From: Octopus bimaculoides
Taxonomy: Eukaryota
Assembly (NCBI RefSeq): GCF_001194135.2
Contig: NC_068983.1
Coordinates: forward strand, 98,754,927-98,818,926
DNA length: 64,000 nt
Direction: 5' to 3'
In this document: piece by piece, positions 1-12,979 of the stretch
Layout of the letters: each line of letters starts with the position of its first letter
How positions within the stretch are numbered: position 1 is the first letter of the stretch
Notes under the pieces: generated by a model
Told to the model about the DNA's origin: nothing
Database searches by the model: none
The model's input: only the letters and a program-made list of their open reading frames with translations
Program-made: the position numbers and the translations under genes

Positions 1-651
1 AGCGCCCTGAGAGAAATAAAATATTTTAATGTGTAGGCATAGGCATGGCAATAAATTTGCCTTCCAACCACATGGTTATGGGTTCAGTTCCACTGCATGG
101 TAATTTGGGTTTCTTCTACTATAGCCCCAGGCCAACCAAAGCCTTGTGAATGGATTTGATAGACAGAAACTGAAAGAAGCCTATTCTGAGTGTATATGAG
201 TGCATGCATGTAAACATGTGTGCATACACACACACACACTATTTCTCTCTCTCTCTCTCTCTATATCTATATATATATATATATATATACATAAATAGAG
301 ACACATATATTTAATTATATTTATATATATAATTTACAATTTAAATATAGGATAAAATCTTTATTCTTTCTAAGACTAGTACTTCTTCTGTTGGTCACTT
401 TTGCTGAACCTCTAAGTTACGGGAAGTAAACACACCAGGATCGGTTGTCAAGCAATAACAGAGGGACAAACACACACATATATACGATAGGCTTCTTTCA
501 ATTTCAGTCTACCATATCTACTCACAAGGCTTTGGTTGGCCTGAGGCTATAGTAGAAGACACTTGTCCAAGGTGCCATGCAGTGGAACTGAATCCAGAAA
601 GAACCTTGTGGTTGGAAAGCAAGCTTCTTACTACACAGCCATGCCTGTGCC

Positions 652-757
<106 letters not shown>

Positions 758-2369
758 TATATACACACACACCTACATATTTAATTATATCTACATCTAT
801 ATATATATATGTATATATATATATATACATACATTTGAATATATATATATAAACACACACATATAAATATACACATATGTAAATATATACATACATCTCT
901 TTCTCTCTCCCTCTCTCTCCACACACATATTTCTTTATATCTTTCTAGAACCACAAACTTTTCTTCAACAGTATATCTTTTTGCTCCTACTTTTTGTTTT
1001 CTTTCTGCTTCTTTCTCAACAAAGCTTTGAGCATATTTTTCTTTATATTCTTTCACACTGCTTTCTAATAATACATAATGCCTGCCAACATAAAACTTAT
1101 TGTAACAATTACAATAAATCATATAGTGAAAGATACACTTCTTAGTAACTTTTTGTCTTTCTTGTTCTCTTTCCTTCACCATTATATATATACATTTTAT
1201 ATTTGTTGTTTCTTTATATTCTTTTGTGTCCACTTCCCCTTTTTTGCTTTTTTTTTCCTCTTTCATTTCTCTAATATATCTTTTATCTTTTGTCTTACTT
1301 GTTTCAGTCATTGGACTACGACCATGCTGGGGCACCACTTTGAATGATATAGTTGAACAGATCGACCCCAGTACTTTATAAAGTTTGGCAATCTTTCAGC
1401 CTCCTTTTGCCGAATTGCTAAGAGGATGCAAACAAACCAACACAGGTTGACAAACGGTGGGACGGGGGTGGGAGGCAACCACACAAACACAAAGACATAC
1501 ACATCAGACAGTTTTTATCTACCAAATCCACTCACAAGGCTTTGGTTGGTCCAGAGATATAGTTAAAGACACTTGTCCAAGGTGCTACACAGCGGGACTG
1601 AACCCAAGGCCATATGGTTGGGAAACAAGCTTCTTATCCACCACACAGTGTGCCTTTTATTTTATTTTGTGAATGTCCTTTTACTTACAAAAACTTTGTC
1701 AATTGCCAAATTTAGATTTGAAATTATGGAATTCATAAAACCATATTTTGATCGAATATTTATACTTATATTAGTCAGTAATTCTAATAAATAAAGACCT
1801 CAGTTACTTTTCCAAAAAACACAATGAAACTGAGTAAACAATGGTGACAATTACAGTTTTATCAGGTGTTATAATTATTGTAAGCCTATTTTATGCATTG
1901 AGTACTATTTCTTTACATTCGTTTATATGGATTCACACAACACATCATCACAATCAGGGTTTGTTCTTAGCTGCAGTTATTGACCTCCTAGACTGGCTGA
2001 AGAAGCACATCTTACTCAAAACACACAGGTGCAGGCATGGCTGCATGGTTGAGAAGTTAATTTTGTATGCATGTGTTTTCAGGTTCAGTCTCACTGTACA
2101 GCACCGTAGGCTTCACAGTGGGAAAGAACTGAATAGTTTTCTAAAGCCCTGAGGTGAATTTGGTAGATGGAAACTGAAAGAAGTTCATTGTATGTGTATG
2201 TTGCCTGAAACCTGACCCTGGTTCTATGATACAAACTTCCTAATGTGATCCAAATTAAAACTTCCATCAAATTTCATGTGGATTTATTTTCCAAACAACA
2301 GATTAATAATGACAAACGTTTATGAATTTGTTTTGCAAGATTCTTGACAAGAAATCATGAGTTGAAAGA

Positions 2370-2632
2370 TATATTTCGGGATGGTCATTTTTTTTTCTTG
2401 CCAACTAGACACATGCATTATATATTTATTCTTTACTCATTTATTATTATTGTTATTTTATCTTATGTCCACTGTCTGGAAATCTTTTGTTGTTGAAGAG
2501 GCACAGGTGTATGATGAAAGCTTTCCAGACAACAGAGATAAGATGAAATAAGAACAATAATAAATGAGTGAAGAATGAATGTATAGCGCATGTGTTTATT
2601 TGGCAAGAAAAAAATCACCATCCCAAAATATA
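2370..2632. mobile_element. Degenerate fold-back MITE nested in a family-2 MITE
   Basis: ~115-bp imperfect inverted arms (2370-2486 / 2517-2632) with ~30-nt spacer; MITE family-2 sequence on both sides. Confidence 0.6.
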
Positions 2633-5382
2633 ACAATAAATATGACAAAGATTTTTTTACTAAATTCTTCATCAGTTTCAAAATTAATTGAAACAAAGGC
2701 AATGTATTTCAACAGAAATAATGTAACAAAAAGAACCTACATACTAACACTTAAAGCACAGCACTGCTTGATAGAAAGTTATTATATCTTTTCACAAACA
2801 ACTCAGTAACTGTATATTAACCTTTTGATACCAATCTGCCCAAAACTGCTCCTGCTTCTATGGTATAAATTTACTGTTTTAAAGTGATCTAAATTAAAAC
2901 CTTTCATTAAAATTTCACGTTAATTTATGTTTCAAACACCAGCTTAATAATGTCAAAAATGGTTTACTAAGTCTTTCAATATTTTCAAAATTAAGTGAAA
3001 CAAAAGCCAGTGTATTTCTAAAGAAATATAGTAGTGAAAGAGTTAAACCTTCAGCTTTCAGATTACTTTTTAAGGTTGTCTCTACAGATTTCCTATAGAA
3101 GTTAGAGATAACTTTAAAAAGTGATTTAATAGCACTGCTAACACAGTAAGACACAGTATTGACTTATAAAGCGTTTAATATACTTTGTAGTGTATTATGG
3201 TTGCATAACAAAATACAGTTTCCTTACAAATAATTAATTAGATTACTTGTCAAATGTAATACATATTTATTCACAATGTTTTGAATTAATCCTGTATTAT
3301 CTCATAATTTTGAAATTTTGATGGTATGACACTTTATTTTTAGAATGACGTTGTTGGGTTGGTGTGAGAAGCCAGATTTGGCTGGTTTGAACATAAAACA
3401 GTAGAATATTTGGGTACGATATGGCCAAAGGTTTCATTAAAATTTCATGTTAATTTATATTCCAAATACCAGTTCATAATGATAAAGTCTTCTTTACGAA
3501 ATTCTCAATTTTCAAAAACAATTGAAACATAGATGGGCAAAGAGGTTCAGTAAGAAAATAAAGAAAGGAGCAAAAGTAGATACACCAGAGTGGCTCGACA
3601 GAGTTGAGCAGAAAGTATGGTAGTAGTAATACGAGGGTTAGTAGGTTGTTATATATTTGAAACTTAGCCTTAGGTCGATTTTGATTTAATAAACCCACTA
3701 TCAAAAGCATTATTCATTCCAGCCATAAATTATTTTGTCTTTTTAGGGGTATGCAGGAGGATTACATTATCCAATATCTCCTTTACAAAGGTGGGATTTG
3801 AAGGAAATTTTCTAGCAGATCACTGACCCTGTAGAGGCAGGCTCCTTCCTTCGCTGGTTTGTGAAGATTAGTTAATCAAGCAGATGGCCCCATTATAGGA
3901 TGTAGTCAACAATGTTTATGCAACAGCTGCTGAGAATATGACTGTAACAGTCTCACAATTATTATAATGTATTTCTCAAAATTATTATAGTTAATCCTTT
4001 CACAGAGTGTCTAATTGTGTTTGTTGTGATATTTTTGCTGTTTAGCCCCAAGTCAACCCTGATTGAGCAAAACATTGGATCAAAAACAAGTCCAGCTGTG
4101 ACCAGTATTATCATTTTATATATCAGAGACAACATTGTCTACTATATCCTTCCCTTTTTCTAAATGGTGGTGTATATTTTAATGGAAATTTTACTACCAT
4201 TTCTAGCAAGTCTGTGATCATACAGAGACTCCTTTGTTTATGGATTCTCTTGTATTCAGCAGATGAGAAATAAATCTTTCATGGAGAAGCCAGTTAGTTT
4301 ATGATTGGTAAATCTTGCCCTTCACAATGAAGTGAAGAAGCTAACAATGTAGCAACTGTTCAGTAAATTAACTTGCTAGAAATAGAAGCCAAATATTCCC
4401 CTTAAATCACAGCCTGCTATCTTGGAAACGAAAGTTACATCAGATGATGAAGCCCCAATTTTACAAAATGGCAGAATGGTCACAGCTGGAAAGCCTTTGA
4501 TCACAGCTCTGCTCTATCATGACAGACTTGGAAGTTAAACAACAACAACAACAGCAACAACTATGTGAATATAGGCAGGTAGAATAAAATGGCCTACTTG
4601 GAGACACAATAAAATACTTGCAGGTGATCTAACCTGTCTACTACGTTATTTCACCATTAATGTAATAAAAGAACGTGAAAATAAGCTAAACAAAGTAAAC
4701 CATAAACCATAATTTAATAACCAAATGATGGCCTAAATATAAACTACCATGACAACCTAACTCAGTAGTTTGTCTTGCGTGAATTTGTCAGTCACAGATG
4801 TCTTGTCAGAATTACCTTATGATATATGCTTCACATAACCTATTTGTATGCTGTGTTCTGACAAACAAATATATGATTTTATGACTCTCATACGTTCTAT
4901 AATCCTCAAACTGTTGCATCAATACCACTTCTCTTCTTCTACCTAAACCAACACAACGAATGCTCCGGTATATTATCCCGCTTGGCAGACATTGTATTAA
5001 AACCTTTCTGAAATCTTTCTCACCGTCAGCTAATTACTAATTCTTTCTCGAACTCCATTCCTACTAAAGGTTCATGCTTGTCCAATCCACTCAATCAAAA
5101 ACCAGCTTGCATAGTTTCAGGCTGAACTCAAACTCAAATAAACACCACTCAAATATATATGAATAAAACAAAACAAAACAAAACAAAAAAACAGCTAAGG
5201 TCATTCTTCCCTCCCACCAGCCTAACAAAAATTATTTTCAGAGAATAATATGATAAACTGGTGATAGTCAGATCATAGTAGCTGTTATTGTTCAGCCCAA
5301 AGACAGATTAATTAAGTAAAGTTAAAATTCAAAAGCATTTCAGCTTTGATTATCCTCCTTTTTTCATGTGTAACCCGTTAGT

Positions 5383-5770
5383 GTGGAGGTGCAATGGCCC
5401 AGTGGTTAGGGCAGTGGACTCGCGGTCATAGGATCGTGGTTTCGATTCCCAGACCAGGCGTTGTGAGTGTTTATTGAGCGAAAACACCTAAAGCTCCACG
5501 AGGCTCCGGCAGGGGATGGTGGCGAACCCTACTGTACTCTTCCACCACAACTTTCTCTCACTCTTACTTCCTGTTTCTGTTGTGCCTGTAATTCTAAGGG
5601 CCAGCCTTGTCATACTGTGTCATGCTGAATATCTCCGAGAACTACATTAAGGGTACACGTGTCTGTGGAGTGCTCAGCCACTTGCACATTAATTTCACGA
5701 GCAGGCTGTTCCGTTGATTGGATCAACTGGAACCCTCAACGTCGTAAGTGACGGAGTGCCAACAAGCAAC
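5383..5770 (+). mobile_element. Full-length tRNA-derived SINE (type A)
   Basis: A-box-like TGGCCCAGTGG, B-box-like GTTTCGATTCC, CAA-rich tail, 11-bp TSD AACCCGTTAGT (5372-5382, 5771-5781). Confidence 0.85.
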
Positions 5771-6607
5771 AACCCGTTAGTATCCAAATTATTCATTCAA
5801 ATGTAATGCTTTGTTTTGAATTAACCATGCATTATCTTGTAACTTTGAGCTCTCGATGACGTAACTGCTTATTTTTAATTTTTAGAATAACATTGTAACA
5901 TAGGTGTAAGACATTTTATCTGGCCAGTTTGAACATAAGACAGGTAGAATATTTTAGCCAGATATGGTTGGTTTAATTCTTGAGCATTCAGATTTCTTTG
6001 TCAAATGTATTAATTACTTATTCACTATATTGTTGTGAATTAATCATGCATTATCTTGTAGCTTCAAGATTTCAATGGCATGTTTGTATATTTTTAGAAT
6101 GACATTGTAGGGTAGGTGTAAGAAGTTGGATATGGTCAGTTTTAACATAAACCAGGTAGACTTTTTGGACTGGATATGGCCAGATAAAATGCTAAAGGGG
6201 TTAAGATGTTAGAGTGCTTTTTAAGAAAACTGACTATTTCTAGTTGATGACTACAAAGTGGCTTCCACCATGTTGGCTCAACCAATGTAGCTTATATAGA
6301 TAGATAATACAATTATATATTATAGACATTAATTAGAAACACAGTAAGGCAAAAGGCAAACTTGTAGTCAACAGAACAGTAATATATGCATGGTAGCATG
6401 AGCATGCTGAAACTATAAACTGTACTTTAATAATAATCCTTTCTACTATAGGCCCCAAGGCCTGAAATTTTGGGAGAGGGGCTTAGTTGATTACATCGAT
6501 CTCAGTGCTCAGTTGGCACTTATTTCACTGACTCTGAAAGAATGAAAAGCAAAGTCAATCTAGGCAAAATTTGAACTCAGAATGTAAAGCCAGAAGAAAT
6601 GTTGCTA

Positions 6608-7300
6608 GGCGCAGGAGTGGCTTTGTGGTAAGTAGCTTGCTTACCAATCACATGGTCCCGGGTTCAGTCCCACTGTGTGGCATCTTGGGCAAGTGTCATC
6701 TACTATAGCCTCGGGCCGACCAAAGCCTTGTGAGTGGATTTGGTAGACGGAAACTGAAGGAAGCCCGTCGTATATATGTATATATATATATATATATNNN
6801 NNNNNNNNNNNNNNNNNNNNNNNNNNNNNNNNNNNNNNNNNNNNNNNNNNNNNNNNNNNNNNNNNNNNNNNNNNNNNNNNNNNNNNNNNNNNNNNNNNNN
6901 NNNNNNNNNNNNNNNNNNNNNNNNNNNNNNNNNNNNNNNNNNNNNNNNNNNNNNNNNNNNNNNNNNNNNNNNNNNNNNNNNNNNNNNNNNNNNNNNNNNN
7001 NNNNNNNNNNNNNNNNNNNNNNNNNNNNNNNNNNNNNNNNNNNNNNNNNNNNNNNNNNNNNNNNNNTGTGTGTGTGTGTGTGTGTGTTTGTGTGCTTGTG
7101 TTTGTCCCCCTAGCATTGCTTGACAACCGATGCTGGTGTGTTTACATCCCCGTAACTTAGCGGTTCGGCAAAAGAGACCGATAGAATAAGTACTGGGCTT
7201 ACAAAGAATAAGTCCTGGGGTCGATTTGCTCGACTAAAGGCGGTGCTCCAGCATAGCCGCAGTCAAAATGACTGAAACAAGTAAAAAAGTAAAAGAGAGT
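6608..7300 (+). mobile_element. Dominant SINE family with internal microsatellite (representative copy)
   Basis: GCAGGAGTGGCT(G/T)TGTGGTAAG...GGTTCAGTCCCACTG...GGAAACTGAA(A/G)GAAGCCCGTCG-(TA/TG)n-TTTGTCCCCC...ACTGAAACAAGTAAAA. More than 25 full or partial copies on both strands, e.g. 361-660, 1290-1645, 27770-28170, 29065-29400, 34390-34779, 47130-47400, 48585-48965, 50450-50650, 59810-60060. Confidence 0.85.
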
Positions 7301-7963
7301 AAGTATTTTGTCTGGCATGCAAATGATTCTGCATGCTCACTGCCGAACAGCATACTTTAATAGTAATAATAATAATAATGAGATGAATTTTGAAGCTAGA
7401 CAACAAAATTTACTGCTAATATTTAGATTATCTAAGCAGAGGCTAGTAAGGTTGAAAGGTCAGTTAATGACATTAAAATGGATTAAAAAGAAAAGAAAAC
7501 AGAACAAAACAAGCTAATAATGAAGGCTATGAAGGACACAAATTCTTGTGAGCCAGTACTTCAGTGGTCGTTTATATATTTCAAGCATCAAGCATAACAA
7601 CAATAATGGTGCATCTGCAGGATCTTACAACTTGCTAGAAATAATAGCTAAACCATCCTGAAATCATGTTCTAAAATCTTAAAAGGTCAAATAGACATGG
7701 CTGGCTGTGTGGTAAGAAGCTTGCTTCCCAACTACATTGTTCTGGGATCAGTCCCATTGTGTGGCATTGTGGGTAAGTGTCTTCTACTATAGCTCTAGGC
7801 CAACTAAAGTCTTGTGAGTGGGTTTGGTAGAAGGAAATTGAAGAAGTCTGTAGTATATATNNNNNNNNNNNNNNNNNNNNNNNNNNNNNNNNNNNNNNNN
7901 NNNNNNNNNNNNNNNNNNNNNNNNNNATATATATATATATATACATACACATACATACATACA

Positions 7964-8905
7964 CAAGTGCAATGGGTAAATTGTTGCCATTTTATATTTT
8001 TTTATTTTGTGCATGCGCATTGTTTGTTTTTGATTTTGTCAATTACACAGTTTAATAGGGTCAGTTGGACACCATCTGTAAGAAAAACAGTACAACGATG
8101 CAATTCACTCTGCCACAAATTGGGAAATGACATGCTGTACTGTTTGGCATTTGCACCAAGAAGCTCCAATACAAATATTTCAGAGTGTTTGGGTGTAAAT
8201 CTGAAGACAGTGCAGAGGATTCAGAAAGAGTTGGATGAGTCTAAATGGTGATTACAAAGGTATGGCAGCTTAGAGAACTCATTATGATTGTTTTGATAAG
8301 AAAAGAACTCCTAAATTTCTTGGTGAGATCCAGGCCATGATTGACAACGATACCTCCAAGTCAATCAAGACCATCGCCAGGGACATGGGAGTGTCTGAGT
8401 TTCTTATCAGGCAATTGCCTGAAGGAGGTAGTGCTGTCCTGGGTCAAGAGGGTGGCTGCTGGAAGACCCTATGCCTGGCAACAGGACTCTGAACCATGCC
8501 ACAAAAGCAGGAGAACCCAGTCGTTGTTGTCAAACAATTTCTGCGACCACATCACCCCTAACATCTGGCCATAACTCCCCAGACTGCAACCTCCTTGATT
8601 ATTATGTGTGGGGCACAGCTGAGCGAGACCAACAAAACTCGTTTTAACACCAAAGATGAACTGAAGGCAAGGATTATGGCAGCATTCACCAACTTAAACA
8701 AGGAGACCATCCGGAAAACTTGCAGGAGATTCTGAAGTCGACTGGAAGCTGTGGTTGAAGCCAATGGCAATTTTATTGAATAAATTTATTCTTTAGTATT
8801 TCAAGATATTTTTATGTAATTTGGTAAATACATTTTTTTAAATGAGATGTCAGTGTTATTTTCATTTCTGCATAATTTAGACGACAGTTCATTCACTGCA
8901 CCCTG
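7964..8905 (+). mobile_element. Internally deleted, decayed Tc1/mariner transposon, maT-like (DD37D)
   Basis: Degenerate terminal inverted repeats (CAAGTGCAATGGGTAAATTGTTG / GACAGTTCATTCACTGCACCCTG). HTH-like segment NISECLGVNLKTVQRIQKEL; catalytic segment WQQDSEPCH...WP(P)NSPDCNLLDYYVWG with frameshift and stops. Confidence 0.85.
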
Positions 8906-10226
8906 TGTGTGTGTGTTTGTTCTCCCACCATCACTTGACAACTGATGCTGGTGTGTTTATGTCTCCGTAATTCAGTGGTTCAGTTAAAGAGACCAATAGA
9001 ATAAGTACTAGGCTTAAAAAGAATAAGTGCTGGGTTCAATTTCTTTGACTAAACCTCTGTAAGGCAGTGCTCCAGCATGGCCACAGTCAAATGATTGAAA
9101 CAGGTAAAAAAAATAAACGAATACATTAGATAGTGTCCTAATTACACTATAAGGCAGTGGTTTAGGAGAATTGCTTCAGCATTGGACAAAAAGGCTTAGA
9201 AGCATTTCATCCATCGTCATATTCTGAGTTCAAATTCCACCAAGGTTGACTTTGCCTTTCATCCTTTCAGGGTCGATAAAATAAGTACCAGTTGAACATT
9301 TGGGTCAATGTAATCGACTAACCCCACTCCCCTGAAATTGCTGGCCTTGTGCCAAAATTTTAAACCAGTATATGTTCCAGTTTTTTATATTCTGTGATCA
9401 AATCTGGTTGAGATCAGCCACGCTTTTCATATTGTCCAGTGTCAATAAAATAATATGCCAGTCCAGAGCAGCAGACTGGTACATTGATTGGCAGAGTGTT
9501 GGGACATACTGCCTTGTGGTGTCTGTCTCAGTTATTTATAACTTGTGCCAAGCTATGCTGGCTCTTGACTTTCTCAGTGATGTGGAGGGTGGAAGAGTTC
9601 AAATGTGAGACTTCCAAGAAAAAGAAGAAAAAAAAAAAGACAAACACATTGCCCAGGTGTGCATCCTGGAGAAGAACTTTCTAGTCTAGATGCAACATGG
9701 TCAGCTCTGATTAATGTAGGTCTTAGATCTGTTGGATCAGGGCTGACTTACAGCTAAACAATGACTATCTTAATCAACAGAGATCAGCAGCATGCTCAGA
9801 TGTGTAATAGATATAAAAACACAGACACAGACATGCACACACACTCACTCATTCACACACAGTCGTCGTCATTGTCATCATCATTATCATCATCATCATT
9901 TTAATGTCCACTTTTCCATACTTGCATGTGTTAGATGGAGCAGCCTAATGTTCTTGCAGAATATTGAAAATGAATACGACACACTTTGCATGATGTAATG
10001 TCAAGACAAGGAGACAAACATACACATATACATGACGGGCTTCCTTCAGTTTTCATCAACCAAATCCACTCCTGAGTTGGCCTAGGGATATAATAAAAGA
10101 CACTTGTCCAAGGTACCATGCAGTGGGACTAAACTCAGAATAATGTAGTTGGGAAGCAAACTTCCTCTTATCAAACGACAATGCCTGTGTCTACACATGC
10201 ACACACAAACACATATATATGGTATA

Positions 10227-10457
10227 CAGTTGTTACCAAAAGTTTGGAACAAAAGTCTGAAAATTAGAATTTTTATATTAAATGCCCTAAGTTACAGTTA
10301 ATTTGCAATATACTATTACTACTTGCAGTAATATGGTGGTATCTATAAAAATTATTAGGTAAGTAAATCTCTACATTTTATATATTCGAATCGAATTGTA
10401 CTTGGGCATAACAATTTTAATTTTTAAAAAAATGTTCCAAACTTTTGGCCATTAAGA
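10227..10457. mobile_element. Tc1/mariner-type MITE
   Basis: Begins TA-CAGT; perfect 16-bp inverted repeat CCAAAAGTTTGGAACA (10236-10251) / TGTTCCAAACTTTTGG (10433-10448). Right end approximate. Confidence 0.6.
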
Positions 10458-12078
10458 AATAAAAATTACATTTATAAACAAATTAATGAATAAATTCGAT
10501 TAGTGTAAAACTAGTGATTACTTAGTATTTAAGTAAAGTTTAAGCTGTTTGAACATTTCAATAAAATATAGCAAACATTATTGAAAGCAACAATAATCAA
10601 TATTCTTGGCGCTATACACATGCATTGCTATATTCTCAATATTTTTTTAATAACACAAATAGAAAGCTGTCAAATGATGCTTACATTTGAAATACTCTTT
10701 AAACACTCAGCATTTAAATTTGCTGTATCAGGCCCAAATATTCTACCTGCTTTCTGTTAAACTTAGTCATATCCAGCCTCTTACACCTATCCTACAATGT
10801 CATTCTAGAAATAAACAGTTATATCGAAATGCCGAAGCTAATGAAGTAAGGCATGATTAATTCAAAACAATGTGAATAAATGAACGTTACAACTGACAGA
10901 ATAATCTGAATGCTAAAACAATCAAGAATTTGTAGCAAAGAGTCTGGGATGAGCAGAAGGTAAAAAAACACAAAACAACTATACTTTTTTTTTTTTTAAT
11001 TTTGCTTTCGTTCTTGATCACTCTCTCTCTCTCTCTGACTGGTTAACCATCTATCTCCTCTACTGCAAGACACCTGTTCCTGTCCCTTTGCCACAGTCTA
11101 ACCTTTCATCACCTGGCACAAGGCCACCTCCACCAATGCTCTACCTCTCAAAGAATCCTGGTCTTGTGAGGTACTTGGTGACCTCCCCCCCCACCAGTGC
11201 TGGTGCCATGTAAAAAAAGCATCCAATCCATACTGTAAAGTGGTTGGCATTTAGAAGAGCATCCAACTGTAAAAACCATGCCAAAACAGAGAGGCTTGGT
11301 GCAGTTTTCTGCCAGCATGGAAAATGGATGCTAAATGATAATGATGATGATGATGATGATGATGCTTGTTTATTGTTGTACAACTCCAAGTCGACTATTG
11401 ATTGAGTAGATCTTGTAATCAAAGGTGCTCCTGCTTGTCATTTCAGAAATATACAAGACTACATTATCTAATGTGTCCTTTCTATTTTTTTAAGACAGTA
11501 GGCTGTACTTTGATAGTGAGTTGGCTGCTATTTCTAGTAGGTCAAGCAAACAAGTAAAAGTTCCCTTGTTGGGTTTTTATTGATATATTGACCCTTCAGC
11601 ATTTAAACTAGTCATATCTGGTCCAAAATATTCTACCAGTTTTATGTTCAAACTGATCAAATCTGGCCTCTCATACCTATCCTACAATGCCATTCTAAAA
11701 ATAAACATTCACATCTCAAAGCTACAAGACAAGGCATGATTAATCTAAAAAAAAATATGAATAAGTATTACATTTGACAGAGTAATCAAAACTAAAAAGT
11801 TAAGGCAGTGTTTGAAACTCAATCATCATATTGCACGACAAACTGACAGGTGATCTTTAATCCACATTATATAGTAAAAGCAAATGAAATAAAATAATTA
11901 GTAAAAATTAAAAATATCAATCACATTTTCTGTGTTTCTTGTCTATCTATCTAATGTTTCTTCTTCATGGTGGCATGGGTTGGATGGTTTGACTGGAGCT
12001 GGCAAGCCAGGAGTCTGTACCATGCCCCAATGCTTTTTTTTTGGTATGGTTTCTATGGGTGGATGCCTATCCTAATGC

Positions 12079-12115
<37 letters not shown>

Positions 12116-12326
12116 ATTTTGGAGATAAACATATTTATTCTGCCTAGGTTACAGAGACATTTCCTTGTCATTTTCAGCATCAGAAATGAAGTGAACCAAT
12201 GACTGGCTCATTGCAAAATTGTAAATCCATGTAACAAACAACACTTTAACTTGCAAAAGTATGATAAAATGCATGCATTTTTACGCCCCCACCCCCCACA
12301 CATAGAAAATCTCAAGCTTAACTTAC

Positions 12327-12461
12327 ATCAACCAAAGCTTCAACAGCACCAAGTTTCTCTGATGGAATCGAACTCTCTGGAGGTCGAAGTGTTTCCATGG
12401 TAATTAGAAGACGCCGGTTGACCACACAATGTTCCACAAGATTGATCAACAAACCAAGACT
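12327..12461 (-). CDS. WAPL: WAPL exon H (most 3' found): [45 protein letters not shown]
   Basis: Acceptor cttcactgtttcag, donor GTAAGT; 135 nt, phase 0 to 0. Aligns to human [24 protein letters not shown]...HAVQALVQ. Confidence 0.93.
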
Positions 12462-12567
12462 CTGAAACAGTGAAGATAGATATAATGAGCTGTATGTGGT
12501 AACATGATTCTGTTGATATTACAGATCTCTGTATACATTTACTACAATACACAAACACACACACACA

Positions 12568-12979
12568 CTGCCAATGGAACGTTAAAAGCACCATCTGAGC
12601 ATAATCGTTGCCAGGGCCACTGACTGGCTCCCATGCTAGTGGCATGTAAAAAGCACTACTCGAGCATGATCGTTGCCACGAGAAAAACGGTCATTGCCAG
12701 TGTCACTGGACTGGCTCCCGTGCAGGTGGCATGTAAAGAACACCATTTGAGCATGGTCACTGCCAGTACCGCCAGACTGGCCCTTGTGCCGTTGGCAAGT
12801 AAAAGCACCCAGTACGCTCTCGGAGTGATTGGCGTTAGGAAGGGCATCCAGCTGTAGAAACTTTGCCAGATCAGATTGGAGCCTGGTGCAGCTTTCTGGC
12901 TCGCCAGTCCTCAGTCAAACTGTCCAACACATGCCAGCAAGGAAAGTGGACATTAAACGACAACGATGATGATGATGAT
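12568..12979 (+). mobile_element. (GAT)n-tailed retroposon 3' end (LINE 3'UTR or SINE), representative copy
   Basis: Repeated GTGGCA(C/T)GTAAAAAGCACC motif, then TTGGCGTTAGGAAGGGCATCCAGCTGTAGAAAC...TTAAACGA(TGA)n. About 20 variably 5'-truncated copies, e.g. 11030-11365, 14945-15400, 23955-24400, 25810-26220, 30994-31352, 33295-33735, 48170-48590, 54530-55025, 59040-59240. Confidence 0.75.

Noticed and set aside
1689-1784. Minus-strand open segment with an AG acceptor and GTAAGT donor (LLTNISINIRSKYGFMNSIISNLNLAIDKVF)
   Set aside because: Wrong phase to follow exon H and no similarity to the expected WAPL sequence.
5385-5460. tRNA-like sequences here and at 36440-36512 and 37910-37984
   Set aside because: They are SINE heads continuing into SINE bodies with TSDs or tails; no complete cloverleaf.
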